This document shows positions 10,201 through 18,421 of a DNA stretch of 64,000 nt, piece by piece. The stretch is taken from positions 160,001 to 224,000 of the forward strand of contig CAWJEN010000003.1 in assembly GCA_963841915.1 (NCBI GenBank), given 5' to 3'. The position numbers and the translations under genes were made by a program. The stretch comes from an uncultured Planctomycetota bacterium (GTDB lineage Bacteria > Planctomycetota > Phycisphaerae > Tepidisphaerales > Tepidisphaeraceae). Under the pieces are notes generated by a model that was not told the origin of the DNA, made no database searches, and was given only the letters and a program-made list of their open reading frames with translations. Every line of letters begins with the position of its first letter. The first letter of the stretch is position 1.

Positions 10201-11435
10201 CGCACGATCGCCCGGTACAGCGTGTCGCGTTCAACGGGCGTGCAGCCGGCGTCGCGGATCGTTCGCTCCAGCGTGCTGACGTGCAGCTCCTGCCGCTGCG
10301 TCCCACCGCCGGCCTGCCGTTTGGTGATGTCGTACCAAACGACGGTTCCGTCTAGGTCGTCGCAGCCATACGCAAGGGCGGTCTGCGACAGGCCGAGACT
10401 TTGCATGATCCAGAACGCCTTGATGTGGGCGATGTTATTGCACATCAGGCGTGACAGGGCCAACGTCCGCAGGTCGGTCAGGCCGGTCGGCCCGGGCAGG
10501 TGACCCAACTCGCTGTGCTCCGGGATGAAGCTCAGCGGAATCACACAGTTGAAGCAGCTCTTACCGTGCTCATCGATGGCAGAGGCTGTCTGGTCGCTCG
10601 TCGGTGGCACGTCCGGGTCGAGGCCCATGTTGGCCAAAGACGTCGCTTGGTGCTCTCGCAGTTTGATCAGGTGCTGCACCCGCTCGTCGGCACCCTCGAG
10701 GTGGCCGTAGAGCATCGTCGCGTTGCTGAAGAGCCCGTTGTCATGAGCGGCGCGGTGGACGCCGAACCACTTGTCTTCGCGCACCTTGCCCTTGAAGGCC
10801 TCGTCGTGCACGCGATCGTCGAAGATCTCGGCCCCGCCACCTGGCAGGCTGCCAAGGCCGGCCTCGCGAAGTGCCTGGAGCACCTCGCCCACATCCATCC
10901 TCGCAATCCGGCTGAAGTGTACGATCTCGATTGCCGTGAACGCTTTGATGTGCAGCCCGGGCGCGACGTCCCGGATGCCACGGAGGAACTGCAGGTAGTA
11001 GTCGAGCTTGTGCCACGGGTGCAGCCCACCGACGATGTGAACCTCCGTCGCCCCGTCATCCCAGGCCTTTTTTGCGGTGGCAAGGACCTGCTCTACGGGC
11101 ATCTCGTACGCGCCGGCCTCGCCGCGTTTGCGGTAGAAGCTGCAGAACTTGCAGTTCAAGGCGCAAACGTTCGTGTAATTGATGTGGCGATTGCGGTTGT
11201 AGAACGCGACGTTGCCGTGCAGCCGTTGACGGACGGCATTGGCAAGTCGCCCGACGCCGTGGATGTCGCGGGTCGTAGCGAGCAGCCGACCATCTTCGAA
11301 CGACAGCGGCACGCCTTCACGCACTTTGGCTGCTACCGACTTCAGATCGCGGTCGGCCACGCGATACGGATCGCGCACCGGCCGGCGGGAGCTTTGCAGG
11401 TTCGTCTTCCCGGCTTCGTCAACAACAACGGTCAC
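10197..11435 (-). CDS. mqnE: Aminofutalosine synthase MqnE (CofH/MqnC-family radical SAM)
   Basis: NYTNVCALNCKFCSF, EVHIVGGLHP, IKAFTAIEI, PGGGAEIF, NATMLYGH and HIKAFWIM motifs. Confidence 0.85.
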   Translation of the reverse strand: MTVVVDEAGKTNLQSSRRPVRDPYRVADRDLKSVAAKVREGVPLSFEDGRLLATTRDIHGVGRLANAVRQRLHGNVAFYNRNRHINYTNVCALNCKFCSFYRKRGEAGAYEMPVEQVLATAKKAWDDGATEVHIVGGLHPWHKLDYYLQFLRGIRDVAPGLHIKAFTAIEIVHFSRIARMDVGEVLQALREAGLGSLPGGGAEIFDDRVHDEAFKGKVREDKWFGVHRAAHDNGLFSNATMLYGHLEGADERVQHLIKLREHQATSLANMGLDPDVPPTSDQTASAIDEHGKSCFNCVIPLSFIPEHSELGHLPGPTGLTDLRTLALSRLMCNNIAHIKAFWIMQSLGLSQTALAYGCDDLDGTVVWYDITKRQAGGGTQRQELHVSTLERTIRDAGCTPVERDTLYRAIVR

Positions 11436-11505
11436 GCTGACAGTTTAGTCGGCGTGACCGGCGGGTTTGCGAGTTATCGCAGATCCTGAAAGCCCGGCGC
11501 GTAAA

Positions 11506-11997
11506 TCACTCGTCAGGACTGTCGATGTCGGGCAGGCCTGAGCCGCTTTCTGCATCGTTGTCCTCGACGTTGAGCTTGCCGTCGTTGTTGGGGTCGAGCC
11601 CGCCACCGAGGCCGTCGCCGCCTTCGTCCATGTCACGTGCGTCCTGCACGATTGGACCAGAATTGGCGTCAGGCGAGCCACCCGACGGCGGACCACCGAC
11701 GGCCAGACGCTTGCCGCTGCGGTCGTAGATACGCTGCTTGGCGGCACCATCTTCGATATACGTCACCTCGTAGAGGACACCATCGTCACCATCAATTACG
11801 TCAACAGAGGTAATAACCGCACCTTCTAGGTCGGCCTCGACCTGATCAGCCAACTCGGGCGGCATGCCCTGGAGCTCGCTGTTGAATTCGACAGCGATCG
11901 GATCCGCCAGCTCTGGCTCATCGGCAGCGCAGCCGACGATGGCAACACCGAAACACGCGGCGGACAACAACTTCAACGTCGACTTGCTTGTGAACAT
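11506..11997 (-). CDS. Acidic lipoprotein, PepSY/BLIP-like domain
   Basis: Lipobox IVGC; LYEVTYIEDG…IYDRSGK pattern; acidic disordered tail. Confidence 0.6.
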   Translation of the reverse strand: MFTSKSTLKLLSAACFGVAIVGCAADEPELADPIAVEFNSELQGMPPELADQVEADLEGAVITSVDVIDGDDGVLYEVTYIEDGAAKQRIYDRSGKRLAVGGPPSGGSPDANSGPIVQDARDMDEGGDGLGGGLDPNNDGKLNVEDNDAESGSGLPDIDSPDE

Positions 11998-12053
11998 GCA
12001 ACCCGTTGTACCGCATGTGTCGTCGACAGGCTACGCCCGTTCTTACCTGCTAC

Positions 12054-13439
12054 CTAGGCCGCTTCCTTCTTTGTGACGACGGCCGGGCTGCGGTGTCGAT
12101 CGCGATCCTCCCAAAGGTTTTGAGCTCGCCTGAGGTATCGCTCCAGCGATGCCGGGTCTTCCTGATCGCGGATGGACAGACGCGTCTGTTCGCGTAGGGC
12201 ACCGAGGTACTGGAACGCTTGTGCTTCGCGACCGAGGTGGACGTTGATCGCGACGAGCTGGTAGGCGGCCTTGTACATGCCGCCGCCTTTGACCTCGCCG
12301 AATGCTTTGCCCAGCCAGGCCGCAGCGGCGGCCCGGTGTTTCATGACGCGTTCGCTGGCGACGCCCAGCTTCTCCTGCAACATCGCCCGACGCAGCTCGT
12401 ACCCGCCGAGTCGTAGCAGCTCGACCGACCGCCGCACCGGAGCCGCCTCGTACAACGTTCGACTCGATTGAATGGCCACTTCATAAGCGACGAGGCTCTG
12501 CTTGAGGTCGCGATTCCAGCTGAAGAAGTCATCGTCGGGATCGCACCCGAGTCGGTCGTGAGCGCTGAGCCCGCGATGCCCACTGGTTCCGGTGATCTTC
12601 TGCCGCGTGACGTGGTCGATCTTGTAGGTTGCTTTGGCAGCTGCGTCATCCGCGTTGTCGCCGATCGAGCCGTTCGGGTCGTCGAAGTAATTGGCGTCGC
12701 TCGTGGCAAAGAAGCACTCGCGGCAGATCGCGATGCCAGCCAGGTTGTAATCGACAAAGTCTCCGAGGCCGCCGTCCTTGTAGACAGGCACGTCGAAGAT
12801 GTCGGTCTCGCTGTAGACCTTGCCCGTGCGGAGCTGGTAGTAGTCGATCGGCACGCCGAACGAGTGGAAGGGGCATGACAACTCGCGACGAAGCAATGCG
12901 CTGCAGCCATGGACGAATTTGTTGCTCCCGCGGCCGGCCGACGACCCGCCACGCATCTGCTTTTGCTCCACGTGGAATGCAGCAGCGGCGGCGAAGTTCT
13001 CGCGAATCGCGCTACAGGTCAACGGACGCGTCAAGATGGCGAAAGCCTCCTGCTCCCGCAGAGCACGCAGTTTCCGCTCGTCGGCCTTAGGCGGTGCGAC
13101 CAGCAACAGCGCGCTGGCAGCCGTTGCCGGGTGGCGACTGAGAATGCGGCCGACATAGCCAAGGTCGAGGCCGTTCATACCGGTGTCGATCAGGATGACG
13201 GCCGGTTTGTGCCGCTTGGCAGCTTCGACAATGGACCGGCCGTCGGTCACGATATCGATCCTGGCCCCTTCGCCACCGACAATTGTTTGCAGGGCTGTCG
13301 TCTCTGCAGCGTTGCCCTCGCAGATCAGCACGTGGCTGCCAACGAGAGGATTCACTTCGTTCGTCGGGTCAGATGCCACAACAGGTTCATCGACCGGGTC
13401 GGCCGCTCCCTTAACGCCAGCCGTCGTCGTACTTCTCAT
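12054..13439 (-). CDS. Atypical receiver domain fused to DUF2225-like Zn/TPR domain
   Basis: N-terminal REC fold (KPAVILID…LTRP); CPFH…ICRECFFA putative Zn ligands; helical C-terminus. Confidence 0.7.
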   Translation of the reverse strand: MRSTTTAGVKGAADPVDEPVVASDPTNEVNPLVGSHVLICEGNAAETTALQTIVGGEGARIDIVTDGRSIVEAAKRHKPAVILIDTGMNGLDLGYVGRILSRHPATAASALLLVAPPKADERKLRALREQEAFAILTRPLTCSAIRENFAAAAAFHVEQKQMRGGSSAGRGSNKFVHGCSALLRRELSCPFHSFGVPIDYYQLRTGKVYSETDIFDVPVYKDGGLGDFVDYNLAGIAICRECFFATSDANYFDDPNGSIGDNADDAAAKATYKIDHVTRQKITGTSGHRGLSAHDRLGCDPDDDFFSWNRDLKQSLVAYEVAIQSSRTLYEAAPVRRSVELLRLGGYELRRAMLQEKLGVASERVMKHRAAAAAWLGKAFGEVKGGGMYKAAYQLVAINVHLGREAQAFQYLGALREQTRLSIRDQEDPASLERYLRRAQNLWEDRDRHRSPAVVTKKEAA

Positions 13440-14313
13440 ACGTCACCGACGACCCGTCACCAAAGGCAGGCCCTTCGAGCGTGCGGACCTGCACGGTCAG
13501 GCGGTCGTGCTCCAGGCCGTCGTGGGCGCGGCTTTCGATCGTGATGCGGTTGTACGCGTTTGGCTCACCGCGTCGGCGATGGCTACAGGCGGTGCCGGCT
13601 TGCACACTCAGGATCGACCGCCGGACGGCCTCGTGGTGGTTTCGGACATCGCCGCTGTAATTCATGTGCAGGTGACCGGCCAACAACAGCTCGACGCCCG
13701 CTGCCTCGAGCGTGCGAAGCGCCCGCTTGCTGCCACGGATAATCTGACCATTGGCTTGGACATTGTCAGCGGGTGCTTCGTCGGTCTCGCCCTCGAATGT
13801 GACCGTGCCGTGACTGCCCGCATCGGGTGGTGGCAGGAACGGGTGGTGCGTGACGACCACCTTGAACGCGTCATCCGCTGCGTCCGAGGCGGCCAGGTGG
13901 ACGTCGAGCAACTGGTCACACGAGATGCGACCGTCCTTCCAGAACCCGCTCCAGGTCCACGAAAATGACCTTGCTGTGTTGAGGCCGACGACGAGTAGTT
14001 CGTCGTCGGCGTACGTCGGTCGCAGGTCGCGCGAGACGCCGCGCTTATACTTGCTCATCGGTGCCAGGAAGCGGGTAAAGACGTCGTGCAACGGCACATC
14101 GTGGTTTCCCGGCACATACAAGTGCGGCCCCGGCATGTCGGCTAGGAAATCCATCGCCGCCTTGAACTGACCGACACGCGCGCGCTGCGTGAAGTCACCG
14201 CTGACGATCAGCAGGTCGTACGGCTCTGCCAGCAGGTCATCGCGCAGCGCCTTGACCGCTGCGGGGTCCTCGGCACCGAAGTGGATGTCGCTGATCTGGG
14301 CCAGGGTCCGCAC
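13411..14313 (-). CDS. Calcineurin-like metallophosphoesterase (CpdA/Icc-like)
   Basis: SDIHFG, SGDFTQ, PGNHD, THHP and GHLH motifs. Start could alternatively be the ATG at 14370. Confidence 0.9.
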   Translation of the reverse strand: MRTLAQISDIHFGAEDPAAVKALRDDLLAEPYDLLIVSGDFTQRARVGQFKAAMDFLADMPGPHLYVPGNHDVPLHDVFTRFLAPMSKYKRGVSRDLRPTYADDELLVVGLNTARSFSWTWSGFWKDGRISCDQLLDVHLAASDAADDAFKVVVTHHPFLPPPDAGSHGTVTFEGETDEAPADNVQANGQIIRGSKRALRTLEAAGVELLLAGHLHMNYSGDVRNHHEAVRRSILSVQAGTACSHRRRGEPNAYNRITIESRAHDGLEHDRLTVQVRTLEGPAFGDGSSVTYEKYDDGWR

Positions 14314-14376
14314 AGGCAGCGACCCTAGCCGACGTGCTTCGCTCCCGTCGGCAGGTTGTGCCGATATCATGGGAAC

Positions 14377-15657
14377 GTGAGCCCCTCACCCGAATGCATC
14401 ATTCGTCTTGCCGTTGCCCTGGCTCTAGTCGGCGTGGCCGGTTGCGTCACACGGGAAGGCCCACCACCGCTGCCGCCGGTCGATCAGGGGCAAGACCCTG
14501 ATGTCCGCACCATTGACGAGGTCGGTAATGATCCCGTTGAAGCACCGCTCACCCCCGCAGGTGTCGAGCAGGTCGACGATCCAATTGGAGGCATCTCGCA
14601 AGGCAACCCGGTGGAACCTGCTGAGGGCTACCGCACCATCGGTGGCGTCCTCGGTGAGGTCAACGGCAAGGCGATCTATGCGACCGATGTCATCGACGCA
14701 CGACGCAACCAGCTCCGGGCACTGGCCCTGCGCCTGCCGCCGACGCAGTTCGCCCAGGAAGCCGGCCGCATCTTGATGGAAGAGGTCAGCGACCGGACCC
14801 GCAACGCGATCCTGCTGAGCATCTTCGAACGCAACGCCAGCCAGGGCGAACAACAGCTTGCCACGCTCATGACCACCGCCTGGCGGTTGCAGTTCATCAC
14901 GCAGCACGGCGGCAGCGAGGCAGAAGCCCGCCGGGCAGCACGCGAGCAGTACGGCATGAGCCTCGAAGCCCTTGGCGAGGACGAGTATCAGCGGCATCTG
15001 TCCCGCACCTTCGTCCGCAAGAACATCATGCCCCACATCAGGCCCACTGCGGTCGAGGTTCGGCAAGAATACGAACGGCTTCGTAAAGCGGGCGAGCTCG
15101 ATCAGGCTGGAGAGATCGACTTCTCCATCATCGAGTTTCGACCCGACGCCGACGATGAAGTTTCCCTTGCAGCCATGCAGAATCAGGCCGCCGAGGTTCG
15201 TCAGCGGGCACTTGCCGGTGAGAGTTTCGACGAGCTGGCCCGCGTCTTCAACGACAATCCCGCACTTGCCTCCAGCGGCGGTCGCTTGCCGGCGTCGCTG
15301 CTGCCGCTGGCCAAGGGTTCGTACGCCGTTGCCGCGGTAGATGAGGCCGCGTGGGAGACGCAGGAGGGCGATGTCTCACCTGTCATTGCGCATGACGGCA
15401 AGCTGTTTCTCGTGAAGGTCAACACGAAGCTCATGCCCCGCACGCTCGGCTTCGATGAAGTGCAACGCAACGTGCTTGAGCAGATGGCCGCCCAAGAGCA
15501 ACAAAGGCGGCTCAACGTCTACCAGAAGGCCGAGATCGCCCGTCTCGAACAACCGACCGGTGACGAGCAACGGCAGATGCTCGCCACCGCGCTTGAAATC
15601 GTTATGCAGGAGTATGACCGCTGGCGCGACGAAGCCACGTCTAGTTCAACGAATTGA
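14377..15657 (+). CDS. SurA/PrsA-like parvulin peptidyl-prolyl isomerase lipoprotein
   Basis: Lipobox VAGC; EVNGKAI SurA N-domain; GESFDELARVFND…GG and GDVSPVI parvulin motifs. Confidence 0.8.
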   Translation: MSPSPECIIRLAVALALVGVAGCVTREGPPPLPPVDQGQDPDVRTIDEVGNDPVEAPLTPAGVEQVDDPIGGISQGNPVEPAEGYRTIGGVLGEVNGKAIYATDVIDARRNQLRALALRLPPTQFAQEAGRILMEEVSDRTRNAILLSIFERNASQGEQQLATLMTTAWRLQFITQHGGSEAEARRAAREQYGMSLEALGEDEYQRHLSRTFVRKNIMPHIRPTAVEVRQEYERLRKAGELDQAGEIDFSIIEFRPDADDEVSLAAMQNQAAEVRQRALAGESFDELARVFNDNPALASSGGRLPASLLPLAKGSYAVAAVDEAAWETQEGDVSPVIAHDGKLFLVKVNTKLMPRTLGFDEVQRNVLEQMAAQEQQRRLNVYQKAEIARLEQPTGDEQRQMLATALEIVMQEYDRWRDEATSSSTN

Positions 15658-15715
15658 GCTCAAGCGCTGCGCCGCGGCGGCCATTTGGGGGGCGGAAGTT
15701 GAAGATCGAGCCCAA

Positions 15716-15731
15716 TGTTCCACGTGGAACA
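15716..15731. promoter_or_regulatory. parS: parS site (ParB-binding palindrome)
   Basis: Perfect palindrome TGTTCCACGTGGAACA, matching the widely conserved parS consensus TGTTNCACGTGNAACA; intergenic. Confidence 0.92.
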
Positions 15732-15789
15732 TCGGCAAGTGCGTTCGCCGAGCGTGGCGAGGGTTGGGCGAGTCGCCGAAGCCGCGAAA

Positions 15790-15805
15790 TGTTCCACGTG
15801 GAACA
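15790..15805. promoter_or_regulatory. parS: parS site (second copy)
   Basis: Identical TGTTCCACGTGGAACA starting 74 bp after the first copy. Confidence 0.92.
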
Positions 15806-15887
15806 ATTTCAGCTTGCCCAGTGCGTCGGCGGGTCGTCGTTTGCGGTTGACAACACGGTCGCAGTAGAGGAAAAATTCTTGCCTCAG

Positions 15888-17195
15888 TCAGGTGAATTCG
15901 GGTGCGGGTCCGACTGCTTCGGGCGCACTACGCACTGCGCCGCCGCGGCCGCCCAGGGCGGTGTCGACGAGCGTCTCCACGCCTTGCCTGAACGCCTCGA
16001 ACGCGTAGTGCCGCCGGACGTGCAACGGACCGCTTCTTGCCAGCGACTGTCGCAGTTCATCATCACGCAGCAGCTTCACGACGGCATCGGCGAAGTCACC
16101 GTCTTCGTCAGCTGAAAGCACCGCGGCTGCGGCGAACGTGTTGCCGAGCAGCGGGGCGAAACCGCGTAACGCAGCAGGCGTCACAACCTGCGCCCGGCCC
16201 AGTGCCGCGGCTTCGACCACCTTGATCTTCGTCCCGCCGCCCCACCAGGACGGGGCGACTGTCACGGCCGCCTGCTCATACTCGACCCGCACGTCCTGGG
16301 CGAAGCCGATCGGCTCGATGCCGGGCACGATGGACCAGGCACCTCGCTGCTCGTCGCTCATGCCGCGACCAACGATGCGAAAACACGCGTCCGGCAGCGT
16401 CGCGTGGATCTGCGGCCAGATCTTGCAGACAAAACGGTCCAGACCCGACTTGTTCGGACCGTGCTGCAGGTCTCCGACAAACAGCACCCGTTGCCCGCCG
16501 GGATCACGCGGCAAAGGCTTGGGCACGTCGTCATCGGCGTCGGCGGCGGGAATGTTCGGCAGCGTCGTGGCGGCCATGCCGATCCGCGACAAAGCGGCTG
16601 CGTCCTCGTCGCAAGCAACCCATCGGCCCGCACACTCGCCTGACGCACGCTGCACCCGCTTCCGCACCGCCGACACGGCAATCTTCATCCCAAGCCTTCC
16701 GCCCAAACCAGGCCACGGCTCGGCAGCAAAACGCGACTGCATCGCCACCCAATCGATGTCATCAAAATCAAGCAGCACCGGCACGTCACCTGCCGACGCA
16801 GGCAGGCCGCATCGGCTCATCGTCCAGCCGTACCGCACGACGAGCAGGTCGTAGTCGCCACCGTCGAGGTGCGCCCGGATCTCGGCCACGACGTCCGGAT
16901 GGGCGCTGTACTCGTTGGCGTACTGACGGCCGAGCATGCGCATGGAGCCGATCGGTCCCGGCGCCCGCGACGTCGGCCGATCGTTGGCCGGTACGGGAAT
17001 GACAGCCGCGACATCGGCTTCGTCGGCGTGGGCGACAAGCTCGTCGTCGATGACGGCGGCAGGCATCACGGCCAGCGTCGTGACGTCGTGCCCGAGCTCG
17101 GTCAGGGCACGTCGGATGAGCGTCGTTCGCCTCCCGCCACCGTTGCGCTGCAACGGCCAAGGCAGGACGCTGGTGAGGTACAGAACGCGGGCCAT
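15888..17195 (-). CDS. Glycosyltransferase, GT4-like (GT-B fold)
   Basis: LPWPLQRNGG N-terminus, LFVGDL.HGPN and GGGTKIKVVEAAALG motifs. Confidence 0.88.
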   Translation of the reverse strand: MARVLYLTSVLPWPLQRNGGGRRTTLIRRALTELGHDVTTLAVMPAAVIDDELVAHADEADVAAVIPVPANDRPTSRAPGPIGSMRMLGRQYANEYSAHPDVVAEIRAHLDGGDYDLLVVRYGWTMSRCGLPASAGDVPVLLDFDDIDWVAMQSRFAAEPWPGLGGRLGMKIAVSAVRKRVQRASGECAGRWVACDEDAAALSRIGMAATTLPNIPAADADDDVPKPLPRDPGGQRVLFVGDLQHGPNKSGLDRFVCKIWPQIHATLPDACFRIVGRGMSDEQRGAWSIVPGIEPIGFAQDVRVEYEQAAVTVAPSWWGGGTKIKVVEAAALGRAQVVTPAALRGFAPLLGNTFAAAAVLSADEDGDFADAVVKLLRDDELRQSLARSGPLHVRRHYAFEAFRQGVETLVDTALGGRGGAVRSAPEAVGPAPEFT

Positions 17196-17202
17196 GTAGC
17201 GT

Positions 17203-18225
17203 TTACGCCGCGCGGGCAGTTGGTTCGGGCAGATCGGCTTCGAGTGCGTGAGGGGCGTCGCGGTCGGCCGGCTCTGGCACGTGCTTCAGCACGCTGGCGT
17301 AGAGCAGCGACCACGATCGCATGTCGAGCGGACGACGTTGCACCGCCCGCACACCATACGATATGGCCGTCTGACGCTCGGCGCTGTTGAAAGCCCACCA
17401 GCCGTACGTGAGCATGAACTGATACTTGGCGTCCTCACCCGTCGGTCGCCACGCGGGCGGCGGGCGGAACGTCCGCGTCAGCCCCCGCCGCTCATAGGCA
17501 CGCTCACACGCGATGCGAATTCGATCCGCCTGCTCGACGGCCCGTTGCTCGCTGACGCTCTTCTCGTGCTGGCGGTAGCGGAGCACCGGGTGCCGCACAC
17601 ACGCCGTACGCCCGCGCTCACCCAGACGCAGCCACAGGTCGATGTCTTCTGCCCACTCCAGTGCTTCGTCGTACCCACCGACGGCGTAGACGGCACTGCG
17701 TCGCATCACCACCGTCGGGTGACCGATGGGCGTCTGGCCGTCGAGACACATCGCCTGCAGCGCTGCGTTGTCTTCGGGTGGCCAGTGCCTGCGGAGCATG
17801 CGGCCGTTGGAGTCGGTCAGGTCGTACGCGCCACCGATGACAAGCACGTCCCGCCGCCGCCTCATCGCCTCGACCTGGACGGCGAATCGGTCGGCGTAGG
17901 CGACATCGTCTGCGTCCATCCGCGCCACAAGCTCGCTACGACAGGCGGCCAGTCCAAAATTGAGCGACCGTACCACGCCACCCTTGGGTCGGCGGTAAAC
18001 GCGCAGCCGTTCGTCCTTCCGCTCGTACTCCCGCAGGATGTCGGCACTGCTGTCGCTGGAGTTGTCGTCGATGATGACGAACTCAAAGTCTGCAAAGCTC
18101 TGCGCCAGGATGGAGTCGATCGCCTCGCCGAGGAACTCCTCGCCGTTGTGAACCGGCATCAACACCGACAAAGGCGGGGCGGCCTTTGTCGCGATCATCG
18201 GAGCGTCGCTGCTGGTCAAGTTCAT
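17203..18225 (-). CDS. Glycosyltransferase family 2
   Basis: SVLMPVHN, IIDDNSSD, ARMDADD and EDIDLWLR motifs. Confidence 0.92.
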   Translation of the reverse strand: MNLTSSDAPMIATKAAPPLSVLMPVHNGEEFLGEAIDSILAQSFADFEFVIIDDNSSDSSADILREYERKDERLRVYRRPKGGVVRSLNFGLAACRSELVARMDADDVAYADRFAVQVEAMRRRRDVLVIGGAYDLTDSNGRMLRRHWPPEDNAALQAMCLDGQTPIGHPTVVMRRSAVYAVGGYDEALEWAEDIDLWLRLGERGRTACVRHPVLRYRQHEKSVSEQRAVEQADRIRIACERAYERRGLTRTFRPPPAWRPTGEDAKYQFMLTYGWWAFNSAERQTAISYGVRAVQRRPLDMRSWSLLYASVLKHVPEPADRDAPHALEADLPEPTARAA

Positions 18226-18421
18226 CGTAAGCACCCGGTTCCTGCTCCTGGAGACGCGCGTGCGTCTCTCCTGAGGGTACTTCGGATGGTGACCCGGGGG
18301 AAAGGGACCAACCCGCAGGTTATCGGGTCGCCGGGGCGCGTCCGCGTCGCAGCAGGTGGAAGCGTCCAGGAAGCCGCATCTTCTCCCGCAGGAGAATTGG
18401 TGGCTGTCTACCAATGCCACT

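Noticed and set aside
12964..12979. parS-like TGCTCCACGTGGAATG
   Set aside because: Three mismatches and inside a CDS; likely chance.
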